From contig NZ_MWQY01000006.1 in assembly GCF_002087085.1 (NCBI RefSeq), forward strand, positions 62,001-126,000: a DNA stretch of 64,000 nucleotides, written 5' to 3'. The position numbers were made by a program, and so were the translations under genes. The notes under the pieces are model-generated. The model saw only the letters and a list, made by a program, of their open reading frames with translations, was not told the DNA's origin and searched no databases. Positions 47,622 to 56,755 of the stretch are shown here, piece by piece; position 1 is the first letter of the stretch, and each line of letters opens with the position of its first letter.

Positions 47622-48922
47622 ATGCTGCAGCCCTCCTGCCGTCTCTCCTGCCTCCTTTCCGGCCAGACCGAACAGAGCCAGCGCAGAGCAACAAGCCAGG
47701 AGGTCAGGGTCAGGCCGAAACCGGCGATGATCAGCATCAGGGCGATACCTCTTCCCGGCCCTGTACCGATCAGACGTCCAAGGGTCGAAGCCAGAGCCCC
47801 ATGGTCCACAAGAAGAGGGATAAAGAGACGGTCCGCCAGGAGTCCTGAGCTGGTGTAGGCGACAATGTAGCCGGTCTGGGTTATCAGACCGATCAGTCCC
47901 CAGACACGTCCCTGAAAATTGCCGGGGACGGATGTACGGATAAGGACCTCGGCCCCGGTATTGATAAAGGGCAGACAGAAAAAGAACAGAAAGAAGCTGA
48001 GACTTATCCAGACAAGCCCGGTGCTGAAGCCCATCATTCCAAGAAAGATTCCCGCCCCTCCAAGACTGAGGGCAATAAGTATATCCAGCCTCTGGGGCAG
48101 ACCGAGAAGACCGATCAGAATCCCCCCGATGAGCATTCCCGAAGCGGAGAGAGCCTGGACCGTCCCCAGGGTTCCCGGATCGTAGAGACTGAGCATCATC
48201 GGTCCGAAGAGAACCTGCAGCATTCCCACAAAGAGGGTGACAATCGAGAGCAGGAGCACCGTCTCCATGACCTGTCTCCTGTCCTGCAGGCAGGCAATCC
48301 CATCCTTCAGGTCGGCGAATATATCCTGACGTCCTGTCAATTCTTCCGCGGGTCGCATACCGGGAATAGAGCAGGCTGCAGCCACGGCCAGGGCGAAACT
48401 GCCGATATCCAGGAGCAGAATGATTTCTAGACCCCCGGCGGTCAGCAGAAAACCCGCGGCCAGGGGCGCCAGCAGATACTGAGCCGAGGACGCCAGCTGA
48501 ACCAGGGCACCTCCCCTGGCGAACTGCTGTGCATCCAGAAGATCAGTCAGGGAAGCCTTGTACGCCGGATTCTGAAGCGCGGTAAATACCGAGCTGACAG
48601 CTATCCATAAAGAGGCTGTGCCCGGCGTCAAGGTCCCGGCCCTCAGGTGGAGCAGAATGGCGATTACCCCCGCGGCGGAACCAAGATCCCCGAGGATGAT
48701 CAGTTTTCTGCGGTCCATCCGGTCCGCCAGCAGGCCGCCCGCCGGCCGCAGCAGAATCGACGGGATAAACAGAGCAGAGACAAGCAGGGCGACACTGCCC
48801 GCCCGGGATGTCTCGGTAAAAACATATACCCCCAGGGCAAAACCGGTCATACCAGTACCCAGGGCAGATATCAGCTGCCCCGCCCAGAGAACCAGAAAGG
48901 TGAACATGGATTTCCGTTTCAT
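47618..48922 (-). CDS. MFS exporter (DHA3/Mef-like)
   Basis: LWAGQLIS, GLLADRMDRRK and QGRVWG motifs; about 12 TM. Confidence 0.9.
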   Translation of the reverse strand: MKRKSMFTFLVLWAGQLISALGTGMTGFALGVYVFTETSRAGSVALLVSALFIPSILLRPAGGLLADRMDRRKLIILGDLGSAAGVIAILLHLRAGTLTPGTASLWIAVSSVFTALQNPAYKASLTDLLDAQQFARGGALVQLASSAQYLLAPLAAGFLLTAGGLEIILLLDIGSFALAVAAACSIPGMRPAEELTGRQDIFADLKDGIACLQDRRQVMETVLLLSIVTLFVGMLQVLFGPMMLSLYDPGTLGTVQALSASGMLIGGILIGLLGLPQRLDILIALSLGGAGIFLGMMGFSTGLVWISLSFFLFFFCLPFINTGAEVLIRTSVPGNFQGRVWGLIGLITQTGYIVAYTSSGLLADRLFIPLLVDHGALASTLGRLIGTGPGRGIALMLIIAGFGLTLTSWLVALRWLCSVWPERRQERRQEGCSI

Positions 48923-48934
48923 TCCTGCACCCCC

Positions 48935-49849
48935 TCAGAACTGCCAGAGACCGGCAAGGGAGACAAAATACCCGTCTCCGGTATCCGCAGTGGAGTCATC
49001 CTCCCAGCGCTCCCGGCCCTGAAAGGCGTATCCCCCGGTAAGCGCCAGGAATGTCAGATCCAGCCGGGCGAATACACCGTAGTAGTGAAGTTCATATGCC
49101 TGGTCATGATCTGCGGAAACAAAGGAGAGCACGTCGCTCTTTACACCCAGGTCAAAACCTGCAAAGTCCCCTGCGGGACTTTCAGAATCGAAAAAGCGGT
49201 ATCCCAGGCTCGCTTCAAATATCAGATCCCGGACATCCCGGAACTCGTCGATCCGGAGATCGCCGTTGAACCTGATGCGCTGCTGCGGAAAAAGAGTGAA
49301 TGCCAGGCTGGGACCGGTGATGAAATCGAATCCCGCCTCAAGAAGGGGTGACCGGTACTTCAGGCGCACGAAGGGCACCGGTATGACCGGAGAATCCAGA
49401 CCGAAATCCGATACCCCCAGCCCCCCGCCGACAGCCAGGTTCACTCTGCTTCCGGACAGAATCTCATACCCGTAAACCGCCGCGGCCTGGAAGGTATCGA
49501 GTCCGCCGCTTACCGGCCGGTCAGACTCGCTCTTGAACAGACCGACAGCCTGGTGCCGGTTCCTGTCCATATCAAGCAGAAGCTCAATGCCGTGATAGGT
49601 ATCGGAATAGGCCGGAGCCGGATAACCGTCAAAGACGCTCCGTGTATACAGGCCAACGAAGGATAGCGTTTCCCCCACAACAGCTCCTCCGGTGCTGATG
49701 GAATACGCTTCTTCGGAATCGAGGCGTATCAGTTCATACCCGAGCATGGGAACCAAGGCAGGCCTGTCGGCGCCTTCGCCGACAAGGGGAGCCTGCAGCA
49801 GCAGGGCAGACACAATACATACATAGAGAACAGAACATCCGTTTTTCAT
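48935..49849 (-). CDS. Exported hypothetical protein, probable outer-membrane beta-barrel
   Basis: Signal peptide, amphipathic strand patterns, and a C-terminus VSLAGLWQF ending in Phe. Confidence 0.6.
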   Translation of the reverse strand: MKNGCSVLYVCIVSALLLQAPLVGEGADRPALVPMLGYELIRLDSEEAYSISTGGAVVGETLSFVGLYTRSVFDGYPAPAYSDTYHGIELLLDMDRNRHQAVGLFKSESDRPVSGGLDTFQAAAVYGYEILSGSRVNLAVGGGLGVSDFGLDSPVIPVPFVRLKYRSPLLEAGFDFITGPSLAFTLFPQQRIRFNGDLRIDEFRDVRDLIFEASLGYRFFDSESPAGDFAGFDLGVKSDVLSFVSADHDQAYELHYYGVFARLDLTFLALTGGYAFQGRERWEDDSTADTGDGYFVSLAGLWQF

Positions 49850-50018
49850 CGGAACCCCCTCAAAAAGTGCATTCTTTGAGTTAAGAGTAGCCGGGGGTTC
49901 GCGGTCTTCATATCGAACATTAATCGTAAAACAGGGAGAAAGGACCTACGTAATTAATACTAGGGGTCCGTAAAAGGATGTACTGAGAAGTTTTTCAGGT
50001 GTCTGCGGCGGCAGAGAC

Positions 50019-50960
50019 CTAGGATCTGAGCTTGTTCAGGAGTTCCACCCGGCTCCTGGCGCCGGCTTTCTGATAGAGGTTATAGATGTGGGTGCGTACA
50101 GTGGCAGGAGAGATGAAGAGCCGGTGGGCGATCTCCTTGTTTGCCAGTCCATGGGCAATCATGACGGCTATCTCCGCCTCCCGGGGAGAGAGTCCCAGGG
50201 CCTGGACACGTTCCGGGGGTACGGCCTCCATAATCCCGGATCCTTCACCGACGGACCTGAACAGGCGCATCGCCGCACTCATGGAGACCATGTTCCAGGC
50301 CAGATAGTAGAGATGGTCCAGGGAAAAAGCCGCCAGCCAGTCGATTCCTGCAGACTGTATCAGGGACTCGAGAAAGCCTGCGGGGGCAAACACAAGCGTA
50401 CACAGACCGTAGGCCTTAAGCAGGGAGCGAAGGACTGCGGGTTCCCTTGCATTTACCGATCTGATCGCAAGGAGCCCGAAGGAAGCCATGGCCAGGGCCG
50501 TCAGGAGGTGGCCCGCCAGATTCCATCCCCGGACACCCGTAAGGGCGATGATTCCCCCTCCGCTGCTGCCGGCCAGAAAAACCATCCCCATGTTTGCGGC
50601 GCTCTTGAGAATGACAAGGGAAACAAAGAACTGCCCCAAAATGGCAGGGGCCCTGGGAAGGGATGGAGGAGGCAGCATCCGCCGCATCAGAAGGAGAACG
50701 AGAACCCACAGGGCGGTATTCGTTCCCGTAGCCAGGAAGAGAAGCAGCCCGATTACTCCCTCGTCATGATCCCCCGGCATGCTCTGGAAATAGTAGATAA
50801 ACATGACAAGGGCCATACCCAGGAGAAAAAGAGCCTGAATGGACAGCAGGTACGACAGAAGCCTGTTCCGCAGCCGGATGCGCATTAAAACGAGAGCGGC
50901 GCCGCCCATGAAGCCGGAGGCAAAGAAGAGGATATAGAAGACCATGATAAAGTTCTGCAC
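50019..50960 (-). CDS. Multi-TM LuxR-family one-component regulator
   Basis: About 7 hydrophobic helices, then LSPREAEI...GLANKEIAHRLFISPATVRTHIYNLYQK. Confidence 0.88.
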   Translation of the reverse strand: MQNFIMVFYILFFASGFMGGAALVLMRIRLRNRLLSYLLSIQALFLLGMALVMFIYYFQSMPGDHDEGVIGLLLFLATGTNTALWVLVLLLMRRMLPPPSLPRAPAILGQFFVSLVILKSAANMGMVFLAGSSGGGIIALTGVRGWNLAGHLLTALAMASFGLLAIRSVNAREPAVLRSLLKAYGLCTLVFAPAGFLESLIQSAGIDWLAAFSLDHLYYLAWNMVSMSAAMRLFRSVGEGSGIMEAVPPERVQALGLSPREAEIAVMIAHGLANKEIAHRLFISPATVRTHIYNLYQKAGARSRVELLNKLRS

Positions 50961-50990
50961 TCCGACGGCCCTGCCCTTATAAGCGCTTCC

Positions 50991-52706
50991 TCAGCTGTTT
51001 TTTTCCACCACGTGGCGCCGGATCTTTTTGGTGGTGGTCATCTCCATGGGTGTATCCAGGACGGTCACCCGTTCTATCTTCTGGTAGCTGTGGAGCTTCG
51101 TGTTGACCTCCGCAACGATGGCCTCGATCCGAGCCCGGATGCGGTGGTCTCCCTCGTCCTCATCCCGCAGGTCCTCCTCAAAGAGATCCCGGTTCGGGTA
51201 GATCAGGGCTTCGATACGTTCGCCGGGGGTACGCTTGTCCAGGGTGAAGCCCCGGATCATGATCTGCTCGATCTCGTTGTAGAGCTGGAAGGCATCCTCC
51301 AGCTCCTCGGGATAGACGTTTTTGCCCCCCTCGGTAACGATCAGGTTCTTGGCGCGTCCCGTCAGGTACAGGTAATTGTCCCGGTCAAGGTAGCCCACGT
51401 CGCCGGTCCGGAAGAATCCGTCGTCGGTAAAGACCTCGGCGGTCTCCTCCGGCATCTGGTAATAGCCCCGCATCACCATGGGTCCCTTGATGGCGATCTC
51501 TCCCCTGCCTTCGGAATCGGGATCCAGGATCTTCACCTCCGTTCCGGGCAGAATCCGTCCGACACTGCGGACCTTGTACTGCTCTTTGGGGTTCAGGGCC
51601 ACAATGGGAGAGGTCTCCGTCAATCCGTAGCCCTGGACAAAGTCGATTCCCAGCTGATTGTACTGCCGGAATACCGAAGGAGCCAGAGGGCCGCCGCCGG
51701 AGATACAGATCCGGATGGAAGCCAGAGAGGCCTTGTCCAGAACAGATTTGAAAAGGATCTTCCCCGGGTTGACCCTGAAAAGGACCTTGATTGTTCCGCT
51801 GAGGAACATCAGTCCCCGGATAATACCGTACACCACCGGCCCCTTTGCGCGGATTCCCTTCATTATCCCCTGGAGCAGCCGGTTGAAAAGCATGGGAACC
51901 CCCAGAAACATGGTCACATTGGCGGCCTTCAGATCATGGAGGATCTGCTTGACCACCATACGCTTGCCGAATACCGTCTCGGCTCCCACCGAGAGACTCT
52001 CGATAAAAACCGCCAGCATGCTGTAGGAGTGGTGTATGGGAAGCAGGGCGTAAAAAACATCGGAATGATAGATATTCAGGTTTGCCTGGGCGATCAGGCA
52101 GTCCGCCACCAGGTTTCGGTGGGTCAGCATTACCCCTTTCGGCCTGCCGGTGGTTCCGGAGGTGTAGAGAATGGCCGCCAGCTCCTCATCGTCAACAGCA
52201 AGAGGTTTTTCCAGAGGATCAGCCTCAAGATCGTAAATATAGGGATCCTTCCCGGGATTCAGGCAGACCAGACTTGAGAAATCCTCCCTGATAAAAGCAT
52301 CATACTTCTCCCCGTCGATAAAAAGGGCCTTTGCACCGGCGGAGCTGAGGAGTCCCCGGATCTCAGCGGCGGAGAGGGCGTAATCGATGGGCACCACAAC
52401 AGCACCGGCATAGAGAACCGCCAGGTAGGCCACCGCCCACTCGGGACTGTTGGCGCCGCTTACGCCCACTCTTTCTCCGGGAGCAATTCCGCGCTGACGA
52501 AGGTATCCCGCAATCCGGCGGACGCGCTCCAGGGCCTCGCTGTAACTGAGGCTGACACGATCGGGCTCGTATACGGTAAAACAGGGGCTTTCCGGGTATC
52601 GTTGGGTCGAAATGGTAAAAAGCTGGGGAACCGTCGGCCATTCGCCCGTGAACAGGCTACCGCGATAATCGTCAAGAAACTGCCAGGGAACCGTGTTGCG
52701 CTTCAT
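50991..52706 (-). CDS. Long-chain fatty acid-CoA ligase (AMP-binding)
   Basis: YTSGTTGRPKG, QGYGLTE, TGD and GR.KNLIV..GGKNVYP motifs. Confidence 0.92.
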   Translation of the reverse strand: MKRNTVPWQFLDDYRGSLFTGEWPTVPQLFTISTQRYPESPCFTVYEPDRVSLSYSEALERVRRIAGYLRQRGIAPGERVGVSGANSPEWAVAYLAVLYAGAVVVPIDYALSAAEIRGLLSSAGAKALFIDGEKYDAFIREDFSSLVCLNPGKDPYIYDLEADPLEKPLAVDDEELAAILYTSGTTGRPKGVMLTHRNLVADCLIAQANLNIYHSDVFYALLPIHHSYSMLAVFIESLSVGAETVFGKRMVVKQILHDLKAANVTMFLGVPMLFNRLLQGIMKGIRAKGPVVYGIIRGLMFLSGTIKVLFRVNPGKILFKSVLDKASLASIRICISGGGPLAPSVFRQYNQLGIDFVQGYGLTETSPIVALNPKEQYKVRSVGRILPGTEVKILDPDSEGRGEIAIKGPMVMRGYYQMPEETAEVFTDDGFFRTGDVGYLDRDNYLYLTGRAKNLIVTEGGKNVYPEELEDAFQLYNEIEQIMIRGFTLDKRTPGERIEALIYPNRDLFEEDLRDEDEGDHRIRARIEAIVAEVNTKLHSYQKIERVTVLDTPMEMTTTKKIRRHVVEKNS

Positions 52707-52768
52707 GTAAACCTCTCCTGTTCTGTATTCTCATAATGTCTGTACCGATAATTGTATACCCTGAGGTA

Positions 52769-53563
52769 CTAAATGGCTATAGATCCCCGGCAGAAGAGGA
52801 TGGCCTTTCCTGCCAGGGAGACCCTTTCTCCCTGATCCCTGCAGAAGAGTTCCCCGCCCCGCCGGGAAACCTGAAAGGCAAGCAGATCCTCCTTTCCCAA
52901 AACTCCGCTCCAGTAGGGAACAAGGGTGGAATGGGCCGACCCGGTTACCGGGTCTTCAAAAATCGAGGCCCGGGGAGTAAAAAAACGGGAGACGAAATCC
53001 GCGGCGCTTCCTTCTTCCGCTCTGGCGGTGACGGAAATACCTCCGGGGTCAAGATTGATTTCATCGAGAATGTTCCTGTCAAAGCGGATATTCCTGACCT
53101 CCCCTTCCGATGGATAGACGAGAATATAATCCCGGGCCTTCAGGACCTCCCGGGGCTGAATGTTCACAGCCCGGGCGATCGTCTCCGGGAATTCACAGAA
53201 GCGGGGAGGCCGGGAGGGAAAGTCCAGTACGATACGATCGTCCCGGAAGCGTATCGGAAGCTCTCCGCTGCGGGATGAAAAGACCAGGGACTCGATGGAA
53301 GAATCTGCGAAGTTCCTGATAACAAAGGCCGCCGCCAGGGTCGCGTGACCGCAGAGATCCATCTCGATCTCCGGGGTAAACCAGCGGATACGCCAGGTAC
53401 CTGCTTCCCTGACGCAGAAGGCGGTTTCCGGCAGAAAAAACTCCCCCGCCACACGCAGCATGATCTCCTCCGACGGCCAGTCCTCAAGAATGCAGACCGC
53501 CGCCGGGTTTCCACCGAAGAGCTTTGAGGTAAAGGCATCCACATGAAAAAAATCGATACGCAT
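52769..53563 (-). CDS. PhzF-family isomerase/epimerase
   Basis: VDAFT...GGNPAAV, ETAF, IRWFTP..EMDLCGHATLA and EDPVTGSAH motifs; start MRIDF, inside the over-extended 714-aa ORF. Confidence 0.92.
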   Translation of the reverse strand: MRIDFFHVDAFTSKLFGGNPAAVCILEDWPSEEIMLRVAGEFFLPETAFCVREAGTWRIRWFTPEIEMDLCGHATLAAAFVIRNFADSSIESLVFSSRSGELPIRFRDDRIVLDFPSRPPRFCEFPETIARAVNIQPREVLKARDYILVYPSEGEVRNIRFDRNILDEINLDPGGISVTARAEEGSAADFVSRFFTPRASIFEDPVTGSAHSTLVPYWSGVLGKEDLLAFQVSRRGGELFCRDQGERVSLAGKAILFCRGSIAI

Positions 53564-53680
53564 GGGAAGAAGAATACGGGCATACCGGAAATAAGGCAAT
53601 ATTGAAGAGTTTTCTTTACTGTATAACTCATATTTACTACCTTTATGGTAGTAATTCAAAGTCCCTTTAGGAGGAGGCTG

Positions 53681-54826
53681 ATGGTCATTGCCGTACCAAA
53701 GGAGCAGGAAAACTGGGAAAACCGGGTTGCTTTGACCCCCGAGGGGGTAAAAAAACTGGTGGGGACAAAATCCGCCAGGGTGTTGATAGAAGAATCTGCG
53801 GGGGCGGCCTCGGGCTTCTCCGACCGGGAGTACAGCGATGCCGGAGCAGAAATTACAGCGGAGAGAAAGGCGCTTCTGAAGGAGGCGGACATTCTTCTCC
53901 GAATGGGCAAGCCTCCCGCCGCTGAAATCCCTGAGCAGAAAAGCGGCTCTTTTCACATCAGTTTTCTGGACCCCTACAACGAACAGGATCTGGTTCAGAA
54001 AATCGCGAAGCAAAAAATCAACGCCTTCAGCATGGAGATGATTCCCCGCAGTACCAGGGCCCAGAAGATGGACGCCCTGAGCTCCCAGGCAAGCCTTGCG
54101 GGCTACGCGGCGGTAATCGAGGCGGCCGGGGAAATAAAAATGGCTTTTCCCATGATGATGACCCCCGCAGGAACAATCTCTCCGGTACGGGTTTTCGTAA
54201 TCGGCGCCGGGGTAGCCGGGCTTCAGGCCATTGCCACGGCAAAACGTCTGGGGGCCCGGGTAGAGGCCTACGACACCCGGCCGGTGGTGGAGGAACAGGT
54301 CGTGAGCCTGGGGGCAAAGTTCATCAAGATCGACCTGGGAGAGACGGGACAGACCAGGGACGGCTACGCCAGGGAACTGACACAGGAGCAGCTGGAAAAA
54401 CAGCGGGAGCTGATGCAGGATCGCTGCATAGCCGCAGATGTGGTCATTACCACTGCCAAGCTCTTCGGACGTCCGGCTCCCCTGCTGATTCCCCGGGCCA
54501 CAGTTGAAGCCATGCGACCCGGTTCCGTACTGGTGGACCTCGCCGTCGACACCGGAGGCAACGTGGAGCTCTCCAGCCCCGGTGAAATTGTCGACCACAA
54601 GGGGGTGAAGATCCTGGGCCTCCGGAATTTCCCCGGACAGGTTGCAAAGCACGCCAGCCAGATGTATTCCAACAACCTGGTCAACCTGCTCCTGGAGTTC
54701 TGGAAGGACGGCAATCCGGGTCCGGATTTCAACCCAGAAGATGAGATCGTACAGGGAGCCCTGATTACCCGGGACGGCAGCATCGTTCACCCCGGGATCC
54801 GCAAAATATACGGACTGGAGGAATAG
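53681..54826 (+). CDS. pntA: NAD(P) transhydrogenase subunit alpha, part 1
   Basis: ENRVALTP, RAQKMDALSS, GAGVAGLQA and DLAVDTGGN motifs; AGGAGG RBS. Confidence 0.95.
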   Translation: MVIAVPKEQENWENRVALTPEGVKKLVGTKSARVLIEESAGAASGFSDREYSDAGAEITAERKALLKEADILLRMGKPPAAEIPEQKSGSFHISFLDPYNEQDLVQKIAKQKINAFSMEMIPRSTRAQKMDALSSQASLAGYAAVIEAAGEIKMAFPMMMTPAGTISPVRVFVIGAGVAGLQAIATAKRLGARVEAYDTRPVVEEQVVSLGAKFIKIDLGETGQTRDGYARELTQEQLEKQRELMQDRCIAADVVITTAKLFGRPAPLLIPRATVEAMRPGSVLVDLAVDTGGNVELSSPGEIVDHKGVKILGLRNFPGQVAKHASQMYSNNLVNLLLEFWKDGNPGPDFNPEDEIVQGALITRDGSIVHPGIRKIYGLEE

Positions 54827-54829
54827 ACC

Positions 54830-55123
54830 ATGGATATACGTCTTGTTTTTATTCTCGTACTGGCGACCTTTCTCGGCTTCGAGCTCATCTCCAAGGTTCC
54901 GTCCCAGCTGCACACCCCTCTGATGTCAGGATCCAATGCCATCTCCGGCATCACCATCGTCGGGGCCCTCCTGAGCCTGGTGGGAAGCTTCAGCGTCGAA
55001 GGCAACGTAACGCGCATCATTCTCGGGACCCTGGCGGTCACCTTCGCGACAATCAATGTCGTCGGGGGCTACCTGGTAACCGACCGCATGCTGCGGATGT
55101 TCGTTAAAAAGGAGAAAAAGTGA
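54830..55123 (+). CDS. pntA: NAD(P) transhydrogenase subunit alpha, part 2
   Basis: LHTPLMSGSNAISG and NVVGGYLVTDRML.MF motifs. Confidence 0.95.
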   Translation: MDIRLVFILVLATFLGFELISKVPSQLHTPLMSGSNAISGITIVGALLSLVGSFSVEGNVTRIILGTLAVTFATINVVGGYLVTDRMLRMFVKKEKK

Positions 55124-56535
55124 TGCCCAGCCTGTCACCGGACCTTCAGAACCTGCTGTATATAATAGCTTCGGTATTATTCGTTTTCGGCATCAAAATG
55201 CTGGGAAAACCGGAAAGTGCCCGCAGCGGAAACGCTGTATCCGCCCTGGGTATGCTTATTGCCATTATCACGGCCCTTTTGAGCGAACAGATTCTCCACT
55301 GGCAGTGGATCCTTGTCGGGCTGGCTGCGGGAAGCATAATCGGTGCCCTTGCGGCCCGGCTGGTCGCCATGACAGCCATGCCGGAGATGGTCGCCCTCTT
55401 CAACGGTTTCGGAGGTATCGCGAGCCTTCTGGTCGGCTGGGCGGAGTTTCAGAAAATCTACAGTGCCGGGGAACTGATGAGCGCCTCCTACTACCAGGTT
55501 TTTATTATCCTGCTCACTGTCCTTATCGGCGGAGTTACCTTTTCCGGTTCCCTGATCGCCTGGGGCAAGCTTTCCGGCACAGTTCCTTCCCGGCCGATTC
55601 TCTACCGGGGACAGCGGATCGTTAACGGTATCCTGGTCCTGCTGATCATCGGGTTTATAACGTTCCTCACCGGGCGCCTGGACCTTACCGGTCTGGAAAA
55701 TTATACGCACTTTCTCTTTATCGCGGCCCTTGCACTGCTCTTCGGCGTACTCTTTGTTATACCCATCGGAGGGGGGGACATGCCGGTGGTAATATCCCTG
55801 CTGAACTCCTACAGCGGCATGGCGGCCTGCGCCGCGGGTTTCGTAATCAACAACAATGTGCTGATCGTATCCGGCGCCCTGGTGGGCTCTTCCGGAATCA
55901 TTCTGACAACCATAATGTGCAAGGCCATGAACCGATCCCTGACGAACGTCCTCTTTTCCGGTTTCGGCAGCGTCTCGACCTCCACACAGGGCGAAGGCTT
56001 CCAGGGAGAGGCCAAGGCTATAAGTGTTGACGACGCCTACTACGTACTGGAGGCGGCCAAGAATATCCTGATCGTTCCCGGTTACGGCATGGCGGTGGCC
56101 CAGGCCCAGCACGCCGTCCAGGAGCTCGCCACCCTGCTGGAAAAGAACGATGCGGAGGTAAACTTCGCCATTCACCCCGTGGCCGGCCGTATGCCGGGGC
56201 ACATGAACGTCCTGCTTGCCGAGGCCAACGTTCCCTACGAGAAGCTCAAGGAGATGGACGACGTGAACCCACAGATCGAGAACGTGGACGTGGCGGTGGT
56301 TATCGGCGCCAACGACGTGGTCAATCCGGCAGCCAGGACCGTGGAATCGTCTCCCATATACGGCATGCCGGTCATCAACGTGGACAAGGCCCGGACGGTG
56401 ATTGTGCTCAAACGCTCCCTGAATCCCGGCTTTGCCGGCATCGACAACCCCCTCTTCTTCAACGAGAACACCCGGATGCTCTTCGGCGATGCCAAAGCTA
56501 CGGTGCAGGGGCTGGTGGCGGAGTTCAAGAATTAG
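55120..56535 (+). CDS. pntB: NAD(P) transhydrogenase subunit beta
   Basis: MTAMPEMVA, GGGDMPVVISLLNSYSG, PGYGMAVAQAQ, HPVAGRMPGHMNV and GANDVVNP motifs. Confidence 0.97.
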   Translation: MMPSLSPDLQNLLYIIASVLFVFGIKMLGKPESARSGNAVSALGMLIAIITALLSEQILHWQWILVGLAAGSIIGALAARLVAMTAMPEMVALFNGFGGIASLLVGWAEFQKIYSAGELMSASYYQVFIILLTVLIGGVTFSGSLIAWGKLSGTVPSRPILYRGQRIVNGILVLLIIGFITFLTGRLDLTGLENYTHFLFIAALALLFGVLFVIPIGGGDMPVVISLLNSYSGMAACAAGFVINNNVLIVSGALVGSSGIILTTIMCKAMNRSLTNVLFSGFGSVSTSTQGEGFQGEAKAISVDDAYYVLEAAKNILIVPGYGMAVAQAQHAVQELATLLEKNDAEVNFAIHPVAGRMPGHMNVLLAEANVPYEKLKEMDDVNPQIENVDVAVVIGANDVVNPAARTVESSPIYGMPVINVDKARTVIVLKRSLNPGFAGIDNPLFFNENTRMLFGDAKATVQGLVAEFKN

Positions 56536-56538
56536 TTA

Positions 56539-56683
56539 CTGTCCCGAATCGTGGGGATGGATGAGGATTAACAGTAGTTTCTCAAAGGAATTATCCTTCC
56601 CACCGTTTATTATTCCGGGAAATTTTCCTGCGTATCGGTAAAATCCGGCTGCAGGGCGCTTTTATCCCCACGATTCGGGACAC
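56539..56683. mobile_element. MITE-like non-autonomous element (145 bp)
   Basis: Perfect 19-bp inverted repeats TGTCCCGAATCGTGGGGAT (56540-56558) and ATCCCCACGATTCGGGACA (56664-56682); TA at 56537-56538 and 56684-56685. Confidence 0.6.
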
Positions 56684-56755
56684 TATTAACAAATTATTGC
56701 CCAAGACCATGGTAAACTTCCGTATTCCCCCAGGAAGCATCTCCGCCGCGCCCCT

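Noticed and set aside
52769..53563. Phenazine biosynthesis cluster
   Set aside because: No other phz genes are present; stand-alone PhzF homologs are widespread.
52769..54913. 714-aa ORF that looks like a PhzF fusion
   Set aside because: The N-terminal ~450 aa is the antisense shadow of pntA; the real PhzF starts at 53563.
53681..55123. Split pntA as a frameshifted pseudogene
   Set aside because: A two-part alpha subunit is a known natural arrangement, and part 2 has its own GGAGG RBS.
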